Of a stretch of DNA of 64,000 nucleotides, positions 52,226 to 64,000 are shown piece by piece (within the stretch, counting starts at the first letter, position 1; every line of letters begins with the position of its first letter). Where the stretch lies: contig NC_043021.1 in NCBI RefSeq assembly GCF_006345805.1, forward strand, positions 3,782,001 to 3,846,000. Direction: 5' to 3'. Source of the stretch: Octopus sinensis (Eukaryota). Below the pieces are notes generated by a model. It did no database searches. It saw only the letters and a program-made list of their open reading frames with translations, and had not been told where the DNA came from. Position numbers and translations under genes: made by a program.

Positions 52226-52641
52226 TATTTCTTTATTACCCACAAGGGACTAAACATAGAGGGGACAAACAAGGACAGACATAGGTATTAAGTCGATTAC
52301 ATCGACCCCAGTGCATAACAGGTACTTAATTTATCGACCCCGAAAGGATGAAAGGCAAAGTCGACCGCAGTGGAATTTGAACTCAGAACGTAATGGCAGC
52401 CGAAATACCTATTTCTTTACTACCCACAAGGGGCTAAACACAGAGAGGACAAACAAGGACAGACATAGGTATTAAGTCGATTATATCGACCCCAGTGCAT
52501 AACAGGTACTTAATTTATCGACCCCGTAAGGATGAAAGGCAAAGTCGACCGTGGCGGAATTTGAACACAGAACGTAACGGCAGCCGAAATACCGCTAAGC
52601 ATTCCGACCGGCATACTAACGATTCTGCCAGCTCTCCGCCT
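52226..52641 (-). mobile_element. SINE family B dimer, 14-bp TSD
   Basis: tcagtgttaatatc at 52212-52225 and 52642-52655. Confidence 0.9.
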
Positions 52642-55600
52642 TCAGTGTTAATATCAATTGAGATGCTAAATATTGATGTCTTATCTAGACATGAAGGATG
52701 TAATTTGTTAAGGCTTGATCAGATTGGCTTGTAGTTCATACACTCGGCCCAGCGTATATTAGGAATAACTGACTGGGGTTGATACACTGATAACTGTTAT
52801 ATTTGTTTGTCCATAAGAAATCAAATGAACACTTGTGAAAGAAAATATAGAATCTATTTCCTCTAATATCTGCACCAAATTGCACTATATTTAATCCCGT
52901 AAATAAAAGCGAATATATACTGATTTCAAATTTTGGCACAAGGCCAGCAATTTTGGAAGAGGGCATAAGTCAATTACAACAACCCCAAGGTTCAACTGGT
53001 ACTTGTTTTATCAACCATGAAAGGTAAAGTCGACCTTGGTGGAATTTGAACTCAGAACGTACAGATGGATGAAATGCTGCTAAGCATTTTGCCCAGCGTG
53101 CTAATGGTTCTGCCAACTCTCTGCCTTAAAGCAAATATATATTGAATTCTTATGATCAAGTAGGCACAAAACCCAGCTTTGTAGAAGAGGAAGAGTGTAG
53201 CTGATGAAATGAAATCAGTCATAGTACATTACAGATACATATATCAGCTTATTGTATAGGAAAAGAAAATCTAATTAAGGCAAGATGTCTATGAAGAGGC
53301 ATAACACAAATATTGTGAAATATTTTAAGAGCAGCAGTCTCAGGTTTTACCATATTTCCATCTTTTTACCCATTATATTTAACATTATATTTAACATTTA
53401 ATGGCGGTGCCCCAGCATGGCCACAGCTCGTGAGCTGAAACTGGATAAAATATATAAGAATATTACAGATATGACATACATCTCTAAGAAAAAAAAATGG
53501 ATCAAGCTCTCTTACATGTGTACTAAAAGTGAATAATAATAATAATAATGAAAAGCTGGTAGAGATATTTTAAAAATAAGTATTTAATTGTTGTTATGAC
53601 AAACTGATAAATTTAGATTAGATTTCTAATCTTGGTTGCTATAGTTATGTTTTGAACTGTACTCTCTGACCTTTTTCAGTGCCAAATATATTCTGTAAAA
53701 TTTTCAGAATTTGCAACCAAAGCCATTATTAAATCCATGGAATATTCTCGTTCTATAGTGTCTGTCACAGACGTTCTCCTTATTAGTTATTTTAATACTT
53801 GCAATGTGACTACTAAGTTATAGTTAAACCAGGGACACCGTAGTATCATGGCCAGCTTTATCTCTGTTGGGGACAGCAGCCAGCTGTAGAAACCATACTA
53901 AAGGGGACACTAGTGCAAAATGCAGTTATCTAAGCTATTCGATCCTGTTAAACCATCCAACCAATGCCAGTATAGGAGATGGACCTTGAAATATTAAAAT
54001 ATGATGCTGATAATAATTATTTGATATATATATATATCTACTAAATATATATGTATACATACATATATATATACATATAAATACATATAAACTGATATTC
54101 AAGTTTCTTCTACATACATATATACATACATACATACATCTACAAATATATATGCATATATATTATATATATATATATATTAATATATATATATATATAT
54201 ATACACATACATCTACATAAATATGTATACATATATACACATATATGTATATACATACATACATGCATGCATATATATATATATATATATATTAATGTTG
54301 TGTGTGTATATACATATATACATACATATATATAGATATACATGTACATATATATATATATATATTATACATACACATATATACACATATATATACATGT
54401 ACATACATATATAGGATATACATGTACACACACACATATATATATATATACATACATATATATATATATATGCATATATTTATATACATATATATATATA
54501 TATATATGTGTATGTATACTTAAATCATCATCATCATCATCATTTAGCGTCCGCTTTCCATGCTAGCATGGGTTGGACGGTTCAACTGGGGTCTGTGAAG
54601 CTGGAAGGCTTCGTCAGGCCCAATGGGTAGATGGATAGATAGATGGATAGACAGATTGATAGATAGGTATTGTATAGCTTAATTGCCACAAAAACTGAAA
54701 CCTCATCCAACAGCTGAACATCTACATGTAACATTTATCATTAAACGAATACTTTCATTAACTGACAATCTAAGGTGCACCATATGTAATAGAATAAGCT
54801 AATAAGGAGAATATTATTCTTTGTTATCTAGAATGGCATGAGAACAACTTAACCCCCTTCCATTCAATAAAGTGTTTGGTAGAAAATTTCAAGAATTTTA
54901 CTGATTACAACAGACACCCAAAGAAATTTGGAAGTTACAATGATTGAAATATTTGTATCATAAAAAACAAGATGAGGACAACTCACCTCAGGGATTCTGA
55001 TAAAATTAAATCAGTAATGTTGGAAGATGAAGAACATGACCTGTAACATCAGAAGAGCTTTTGGTGACTGACTTTATCTGTGCCAGCAGATCGATATTAA
55101 CTCTGTTCTTTTCTTTCTAAGAATGAACAATAGCTGTTGTCTTTGGATGAAATTTTGAAGTGTTTGGCTCAATCTAAGTATTTATTTGATGATACAAAAT
55201 GATCGTTAAGAGATATATAAATTAATCAAACAAAAAACATGGATATTCTCAACTAAAAATCTCTGAGTACCATGTCATCAAAATAAGTAAATGTTTAATT
55301 GAGAAAGAGAAAGTTTTAATAAGCTGTATCCTGTTTGACATCAAAGCTTCTGAAAATTATTTCAGAAGGGACTTATGTGATAGCACTTCAACACTGGTTC
55401 AGGCACAAGTATCCTTCATAAATACAAGAGTACAAGGGTAGTATGTTAGGCACAAAATGCTTTACAATTAACAAACAAACAAAAAAAAAGAGGGGGGGAT
55501 AGCAAGTATAGTTTCTCACTGTGTGAAAGAAATGTCTATGGCCAAAATATAAAGGGGGGGGTGTCATTATAAACGAAGCACCTAATTCAGTGTTTCTCAA

Positions 55601-55697
55601 CCTTTTTGTCTCATATTTTGCCATTTTGACCCCCCCCCCAAAAAAAAAACTTGTACCATATCACAAATGCATAAAATATTTAGAACACACACAGAGT

Positions 55698-55739
<42 letters not shown>

Positions 55740-56385
55740 TGATACCATATATATATATAGACTCACTAATTTTTTGTCCAGTCCAGGAATCAAAATTACA
55801 ATCTTACTATCACAAGTCCAACATCCTAACCACTAAGCCACGTGCCTCCACCAGTCCAGGAATTGAAACCACAATCTTATGATCATGAATCCAACATACT
55901 AACCCCTAAGCCATGCACCCCCACAATGCATACATACATGTATTGAGAACATTTAAGTAAAAGCTTTATCGTAAGTTTTATTCACATCTTACTTATATCA
56001 ACCCAAATCTGAATTAACCCCCCCCCATCCAAAATACTGCCATGGTCCATGTTGAGAAACACTGGTCTAAGCGCCACGCTAGAATCAGGAGTCTTTCAAG
56101 CTTTCTAACTTGTAAGTTTTTGGACATCTATTTATCTAGTGAATGATTTAACTGAGATGGTGTTTGAGATTGATTTAATTATTATCATGAAAGAATCATG
56201 TACTCACCAAACACACAGGCTAAGCTCACTTTTAATGTATTTCTTGAGGCATAAAAATTTTGTCACATGACTGTGGCCAGGTGGCATATTCTATATATAT
56301 ATATATATATATCTATATGTATATACACACACACACACACTTGTGCACGCATATATTAATATATAGATAAGCATACGTGCACATT

Positions 56386-56419
<34 letters not shown>

Positions 56420-56958
56420 ATATATATTAAATTAAGATAAAACCACTATTAGGCAAATCAAACAGTGAAAATATAAACCAAAACATAGAAATAAAATTAA
56501 TTTTATCTCTAATTTAATTTATATTTATACTGTAAAATTAGATTTAATCCTAAATCTAATTTTACCCTGTAAGTTTGGATTAACTCCCTAATATTATTAT
56601 TATTAATTATTATTATTATATATATATAAATAAACTTGAAGTCTCTAATTTTATAATAGTTTCACTCTAGTCTTCGTATTGAATTCTGACACCAAGGAAT
56701 GTTCTGTTATTCTTAAATTCCTTCAAAATAATAACCTCAACATTAATGAGTTTGTGTGTGTATGCATGTGTGCATGCGCACACACACACTCACATGTATA
56801 TATACACATACATGAAAAAACGTATACTGTACTCCATGCATACAATATTGATGATGATAATATAACTTCCTGTTAAAAGAACAGAGAATTATTTAAATTG
56901 TCCTACAATAGCACCACTCAGCATGTGCAGCAGTTGTTGCAATGTGTGTGTGATTTAG

Positions 56959-56990
<32 letters not shown>

Positions 56991-58825
56991 GTAGAGGAAG
57001 AGAAAGAGAGAGAGAGAGGGAGAGAAAGAGAGAGAAAAAGAGAGAGGAAGAGAAAGAGAGAGAGAGAGAGAGGGTAAATGGTTTATAGTGAACATTAAAT
57101 GTTTTGCTTAGAAAAACAAAAAAATATTTAAAGTAGAGCAAAGTTAGTTTAGAGAGGGAACAATACATAAAAATAATTCTTTCAACAATGGGCACAAGGC
57201 CTGAAATTTTGGAGAAATGGGTTAATTGATTACAGTGACCTGAATGGTCAACAGGTACTTATTTCATTAACTCTGAAAGGACGAAAGCAAATTTGATTTC
57301 AGCGAGATTTGAACTCAAAATGTGAAGAGAGATGAAAGGCTGCTAAGTGTTCTGTCTGATGCATTAACGATTCTGACAGTTCACTGCCTTAATGTCTAAT
57401 TTAGGCACAAGGCCAGCAATTTTTAAAAGAACGGTTGTCTGGTCAATTATATTGACCCACAAAGGCGGCGAGCTGGTAGAAACGTTAGCACGCTGGGCGA
57501 AATTCGTAGCAGTATTTCGTCTGTCATTACGTTCCGAGTTCAAATTCCGCCGAGGTCGACTTTGCCTTTCATCCTTTTGGGGTCGATAAATTAAGTACCA
57601 GTTACGCACTGGGGTCAATGTAATCGACTTAATCCCTTTGTCTGTCCTTGTTTAACCCCTCTATGTTTAGCCCGTTGTGGGTAGTAAAGAAATATATATT
57701 GACCCACAAAACAAATGGAAAGCAAACTTGGCTTCGATGGAATTTGAATTTGAATGTAAAATATTTGAACAAATACCACAAGGTATTTTGTCCAGGCTCC
57801 AGTGATTCTACCAATCCGCCAGTCTTGATTAATAATGATTGTTTCAAATTTGGAACAAGAGCAACAATTTTGAGAAGAGGGAGTTCCATTGATCACATAG
57901 ATCCTAAACTTAACTGGCACTTTATTTTAACAACCCCAAAAGGATAAAAGGCAAAAGTTGGCTTGGTGGGTTTTGAACTCAGAATGTAAAGAACTGAAAG
58001 AGATGCTACCATGCAATTTTTCTGATGTGCTAATGATTCTGCCAGCTTGCCACTTTCTCAATAATAATAATAGTAATAATAATAATGATGATAATAAAAA
58101 AATAAATAAATATATGACTGTGACATCTGAGCTCTATGATAGCTGCCAGTAGGTCAGAAGATGTGGTTCTTTCGAAGAATGGTTGAAATGAGAACTGGCT
58201 AACATATGGCAGAATCATTAGAGTATCAGTGAGAATGTCTCTCAGTAGTTGTTCCCTCTCCAAGCAGCCTGAGTTCAAATCCTGCCAAAACCAACTTTAT
58301 CTTTCATTCTTTTGGGGGTTGATAAAAACATACCAATACCATGGTAATGGATTAACAGAATTGGAAGATGGTCAGGTAACAAACCTTGGGGGTGTTTTCC
58401 AGTTCAATGACACTGAGCTGTGTTAGTTCCAAAATTGGGTGGAGAGAAAAGAGGATTGCATGTATGGACAACTGCTAGACTTCTTTTAAAAAAATTTTGC
58501 CTTGTCCTGCATTTACATGAATAAAAAAAAAAAATCAAATTCAGCAAATGGAAGCACTCACACACACATTAAATGCATATATATATATGTATATATATAT
58601 GCGTATATATACTCATTTGTTTTTTACAATCTAAGTTCAAGATCGACTTTGCCTTTCATTCTTTCAGAGTTGATAAAATAAATTCTAGTTGAGTACTGAT
58701 GGGGTGGGGTGGTCGTCAATGTAGTTTGCCCTGTCCCACAAATTTCAGGCCTTATGCCTATAGTAGAAAGGACATACATATATATACATACATACATATA
58801 TAACAAAAAAAAAAAAAAATAAAAT

Positions 58826-58864
<39 letters not shown>

Positions 58865-59694
58865 TTATAAGTATAATTTAATAATTTAATAATTTTTAAA
58901 AATTTAAAAATTTAAACTTTAAATTTAAATAATTTAAATTTTGAATTTTATATTTATATATTTTGTATATTATATTAATTAATTTTATTTCTATGTTTTG
59001 GTTTATGTTTTTCATTGTTTGATTTGCCTAAGAGAGGTTTTATCTCTAATTTAATATATAAATATATATATTTATACTGTAAAATTGAACTTAATCCTAA
59101 ATCTAATTTTTCCCTGTAAGTTTGGATTTACTCCCTAATATTATTATTATATATATATATATATATATATACCCACACACACACACTCACATATATATAT
59201 ATAAACATGTGCACATGCATATATACATATAAACAATGCAAACATTTTTCAAAGCTTCAGGAAACCGGAAATTCAAAGAAGAATCTCTACAAGTTAAAAA
59301 CAATTGAAGAGCAAATAGTTTCTCTTCATTTTTGTTTTCTTTCACAGATTTAAGGTTTTAGAAAAGAAACTATCATTTGTTAATTCAAAGATAGCACCTA
59401 CTAACGAACTAGTGACAATGGAATTTCTTTGCTAAAACATTCAATTTGTAAAATATGTGTGTGTGTATGTGTGTTTTGGGTTATCAGACTAACTAAAAAG
59501 TGCTTGGCATTTTTTTCTGACATTTTAATGATTCTGCCAGCAACAGAAATTTAGCAGAGAGGGGGAACTCAAATAAAATGAAATATAAGTCAGGTTTACT
59601 CTTTCCATTCCATCGGATTATCAAAAGGGGTTTGAAAATATTTGGTAAGTTAACTGGGGATGAAAACATGAAATACTGAATAGAGGGTCAGCTT

Positions 59695-59741
<47 letters not shown>

Positions 59742-59824
59742 GATTCAAAAGAATATGGTACTTAATTTAGATGCACCAGAATTTTGTATGGTGTTATCCA
59801 TAAAAATCCGTGGGGTGATTATAC

Positions 59825-60020
59825 TCAAAATAAGCAACAAGAATGACTCCGGTAATTTGGTACGATCGTTTCGTACTACATCATTTTATTAAATGTTGTA
59901 AGTATTAAATCTGTTGTAATACTTATTACAATAGATTTAATACTTACAATATTTAATAAAATGACGTAGTATGAAACGATCGTACCAAATTACCGGAGTC
60001 ATTCTTGTTGCTTATTTTGA
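59825..60020. repeat. Near-perfect palindrome (96-bp arms, 4-nt loop)
   Basis: Arms are symmetric about actt at 59921-59924. Each arm carries GAAAC-GATC-GTA. Confidence 0.85.
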
Positions 60021-60604
60021 TATATATATATATATATATATAATCATGTGATCACACAACCAATCAGGCTATCAGATGCTGTTACACATTGCTGGTCACA
60101 ATGCGCTTTTGCATTGTTTTGGCCTTCAAATGATGTCATGCTGCTGGTTAAGTGAGCAAGCCAACATTCCCCCCAGATCGAAAGGGGGGGATTGGAGCAA
60201 TGTGAAATGAAGTGCTTTGCCCAAAATCACAATATGCACCTGGTCCAAGAATTGAACTCACAATCTAGTGATTGCGAGTGCAACAGCCTAATCACTAGGC
60301 CATCTGCCTTCACTTTATATACCAAAAGACTATGTTTGTAACAACAAAAGAAGTAGAAATCAATATCATTAGAGATGGACTAACAAACTTACTAAATGAC
60401 TCAACTGCTAGTGGAAAACTCTGAGTTCTGAATGTAACTACTTTGCAAATGTCATTCAATAAATGCACACATATATATAAAGAGAAGGGAGGAGAGTGCC
60501 CAGAACTAATTGAAGGAGTCCCTTAAATTTTGCAGGAGACCTGCCTCTGCTAAAGGCACCAATGGTCTTGGTGGTGGTGGTGTTAAAATGGAGCAAGAGA
60601 TAAA

Positions 60605-60749
60605 TGCATATATATTAATATACATATATATGCATACATATATACATACATATATATGCATACATATATATACATACATACATATATATACATACATATA
60701 TACACATACATACATATATATACATACATACATATATATACATACATAC

Positions 60750-60790
<41 letters not shown>

Positions 60791-60896
60791 TACATATATA
60801 TGCATACATATATACATATATATGCATACATATATATACATACATATATACATATATATGCATACATATATATACATACATATATACATATATATG

Positions 60897-60927
<31 letters not shown>

Positions 60928-60930
60928 ACA

Positions 60931-60970
<40 letters not shown>

Positions 60971-61110
60971 CATACATATATATATACATACATACATACA
61001 TATATACATACATATATATATACATACATACATACATACATATATATATACATACATACATACATATATACATACATATATATATACATACATACATACA
61101 TACATATATA

Positions 61111-61148
<38 letters not shown>
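60605..61148. repeat. (TA/TACA)n microsatellite
   Basis: Seen directly. Similar tracts at 42095-42360, 54010-54520 and 62035-62830. Confidence 0.95.
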
Positions 61149-61149
<1 letters not shown>

Positions 61150-61403
61150 CACCAAATAAGAAGAATTTTTATTTTCATTTCAAATACCTACTGTTTTATT
61201 CCTTGGCAACGCGTGTTTCATCCTTGGTTCCTAAACCACTCCGTGTTTCCCTGGAACCCCTCTTAAGATGCCACCCCAATCATCAGGCCCTTGTATTGAA
61301 CGTTGATAAAGTTATAAGGGCCTGATGATTGGGGTGGCACCTTGAGAGGGGTTCCAGGGAAACAGGTATTTAAAATAAAAATAAAAATTCTTTTTATTTG
61401 GTG
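61150..61403. repeat. Nested fold-back element with CTGATGA/GAAAC motifs on both strands
   Basis: Outer arms 61150-61189 / 61364-61403; inner arms 61245-61295 / 61313-61363. Confidence 0.75.
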
Positions 61404-61500
61404 AGAAGTAGGGGTCTACTATCTCTAAATTAAAATATATTTCTTCATTGAGAATAATTTGAACCTCTGTTATGCCGGAATTGTTATTCCCTAAAAAATA

Positions 61501-61553
<53 letters not shown>

Positions 61554-61699
61554 CATATACATATATACATATACATACAATTATACTTTGGACACTAAAA
61601 CTCTGCTTCTGAAGACCAGTTGAGGCAGGTGAAATCAAAATCAAAATCAAATTCTATGACTGGCGTCCGTGCTACAGGGATGCAAAGAGCACCATACAA

Positions 61700-62037
61700 A
61701 TGTGATCATTGCCAGAGCAGCTGTCTGTCCTCCATGCTGGTGGCACGTAAAAGACACCATTTGAGCGTGATCGTTACCAGCATTGCCTTACTGGCACCTG
61801 TGCCGGTGGCATGTGTAAGAGATTCGAGCGAGGTCGTTGCCAGTACCGCCTGACTGGCTCCGTGCCGGTGGCACGTAAAATCACCCACTACACTCCTGGA
61901 GTGGTTGGCGTTAGGAAGGGCATCCAGCTGTAGAAACTCTGCCAAATCAAGATTGAAGCCTGGTGCAGCCTTCTGGTTCAGTCAAATCATCCAACCCATG
62001 CTAGCATGGAAAGCAGACGTTAAACGATGATGATGAT
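61700..62037 (+). mobile_element. RTE-like 3' tail element ending (GAT)n
   Basis: ggcgttaggaagggcatccagc...cccatgctagcatggaaagc..gatgatgat. Partial copies at about 13495, 14250, 23270, 39105 and 54527. Confidence 0.65.
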
Positions 62038-62064
62038 ATATATATACATACATACATGCATATA

Positions 62065-62117
<53 letters not shown>

Positions 62118-62178
62118 ATACATACCTACATGCATATACTTATATACATACATACATATATATATAATATATATATGC

Positions 62179-62414
62179 ATATATGGGTGCAGGACATCAA
62201 AAACAGTAAACAACATGGAGTACAAAAACAAGCGAGTTAAATACTCAAATAGGAGAAAAAATGGAAATCGGGACAAGTAGCACAAATAGTGACCCATCAT
62301 CGGTTGTCGGCTGTCTATCTTCTCCTCATTTCGAGCATTCAATGTTGTATTTAATGCATTTTTATTTTTGTAGTTCTCCTTGTTTACTGTTGGTGAGATC
62401 TTGTACCCATATAT
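62179..62414. repeat. Old, diverged fold-back element in a microsatellite
   Basis: atatatgggtgcagga...aacagtaaacaa versus ttgtttactgtt...tcttgtacccatatat. Confidence 0.6.
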
Positions 62415-62500
62415 GTGTGTGTGTGTATATAAATATATATACATACATCAATGCATATGTATATTATATATACACACATCTATATATATATATATATCCA

Positions 62501-62536
<36 letters not shown>

Positions 62537-62612
62537 TATATATATTATATTGTATATTTACAGAAAAAAACAAATATGAAGACAGGTGTATAAACAACAA
62601 GCAGGTGTATTA

Positions 62613-62658
<46 letters not shown>

Positions 62659-62748
62659 AATATGCATACATATATATTTACATAATATGCATACACATAT
62701 ACACATACATATATATATACACATGTATACATATATGCATGCATATAT

Positions 62749-62782
<34 letters not shown>

Positions 62783-63462
62783 CCTATACATACATATATA
62801 TTTAGAAACATACATACATACATATATATTCACACACATATTGAAAAAAGAAAAAGAATGACTTTGCTGTGAGTTCTAATCAGTTTAATTTATTATTTTT
62901 TAATTTTTTAATAATATAAAATTTTACACTTTCTTTGTTAGTTAGGCTGGGGGAGATTTAGGAAAAAAAAAATTTCCTTGTTAATTTTTCTGGAGAACTT
63001 CCTGGCATTCGTTGTCAATCAGATCTTAGGATTTGGGGCTTTGTGATTCTATATATGGAAGTTGGGCGTGTTTGGGGGGTAGAGGTGGGTGTGGGGGTTT
63101 GTTAATCAGTGTGGGAGCGAAAGAGGGTTGATGAGTAAGGGCTGAAAGGAGATAGGGAAGAGTCAAAACAGGGGGTGTAGTTTGGAGGTGGTGGACTGTT
63201 TTGTGAAGCCATTTGAATAGCTGACCTTTGGTGAGAAATATAATGGTCAGATTTTTTTTTTTTGCAAATTCTTTCTTTTAGGAATTTTCTGTTTCAGGTG
63301 TGTGTCCGGGGTGTGGTGGTGTTAATGAGGTGTAAGTTACATATCGTTTGATAAAATTGTTTGTTGATAGAAATGTTTTTTATATATTGGTTTGGGAGGG
63401 GAGGCGATCATGCTAGCTCACATATTTACTTCCCTACATATAATAAACAAAGTATATATACA

Positions 63463-63498
<36 letters not shown>

Positions 63499-63626
63499 CA
63501 CACACACACATGTATATACATGCATACACCCCCACTCACACATAAATATCTCCTCCAGCTTACACACCTACACACAGACATATATATACATATATAGAAT
63601 AACAAAAAGAGAGGCAAAGTCCTTTT

Positions 63627-63666
<40 letters not shown>

Positions 63667-63702
63667 ATATACACTCACATACATATGTATACATATATAT
63701 AT

Positions 63703-63950
63703 ATGTGTATATATATAAAAAATTAACAGATTGAGATAAAAAATCCAAGGCTGTGAAAGATTTCAGAACATTTATGAATAGGAGCTTACAGCTGTTTCGT
63801 TGATAGTTTATATATCCCTTCATCAGAGACAGTGAAGGGATATATAAAATATCCTGGAAACAGCCGTAAGACCTATTTATAAATGTTCTGAAATCTTTCA
63901 CAGCTTGTATTTTTATCTCATTCTGTTAATTTTTTTTTATATATACACAT
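63703..63950. repeat. Head-to-head fold-back element with a hammerhead core at the apex
   Basis: Inverted arms of about 110 bp. Minus arm GUCU-CUGAUGA...GAAAC-AGCU-GUA; plus arm UGA...GAAAC-AGCC-GUA-AGAC. Confidence 0.75.
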
Positions 63951-64000
63951 GCTGATATATGACCTATGTTGGACTCCTCATTTGCATAATCACCGAACCT

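Noticed and set aside
53677-53823. Open frames on both strands near 53.7 kb
   Set aside because: No convincing donor/acceptor pair and no recognisable homology.
62880-63400. G/T-skewed unique-looking segment
   Set aside because: No ORF or structure. It resembles degraded or poorly polished repeat sequence, as does the AT-only stretch at 58800-58970.

Overview
Eukaryotic, AT-rich, repeat-dense genomic DNA. The SINE families and microsatellite load point to an octopus (inference). The main gene is the 3' part of an EFCAB5-like gene on the + strand. I reconstructed 12 exons with consistent GT-AG splice phases (6283-46517, about 650 aa), covering a degenerate EF-hand, GAF-like regions and the stop codon, plus two possible upstream micro-exons. 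The rest is mostly four tRNA-derived SINE families, RTE and CR1/L2-type LINE fragments, Tc1/mariner, piggyBac-like and Helitron non-autonomous elements, and very long microsatellites, which account for most ORF-track hits. The most notable signal is a set of hammerhead-ribozyme-bearing elements sitting in (TA)n microsatellites. It includes a fully canonical type-I hammerhead on the sense strand of an EFCAB5 intron (5888-5983), a second hammerhead inside a terminally redundant 460-bp unit (14516-15029), and several head-to-head fold-back elements with hammerhead core motifs near their apex. Also noted: TSD-flanked SINE multimers, a hairpin capped by GCGAAAGC, and an unidentified frameshifted minus-strand exon. 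Protein family calls rest on recalled sequences, not on database searches.
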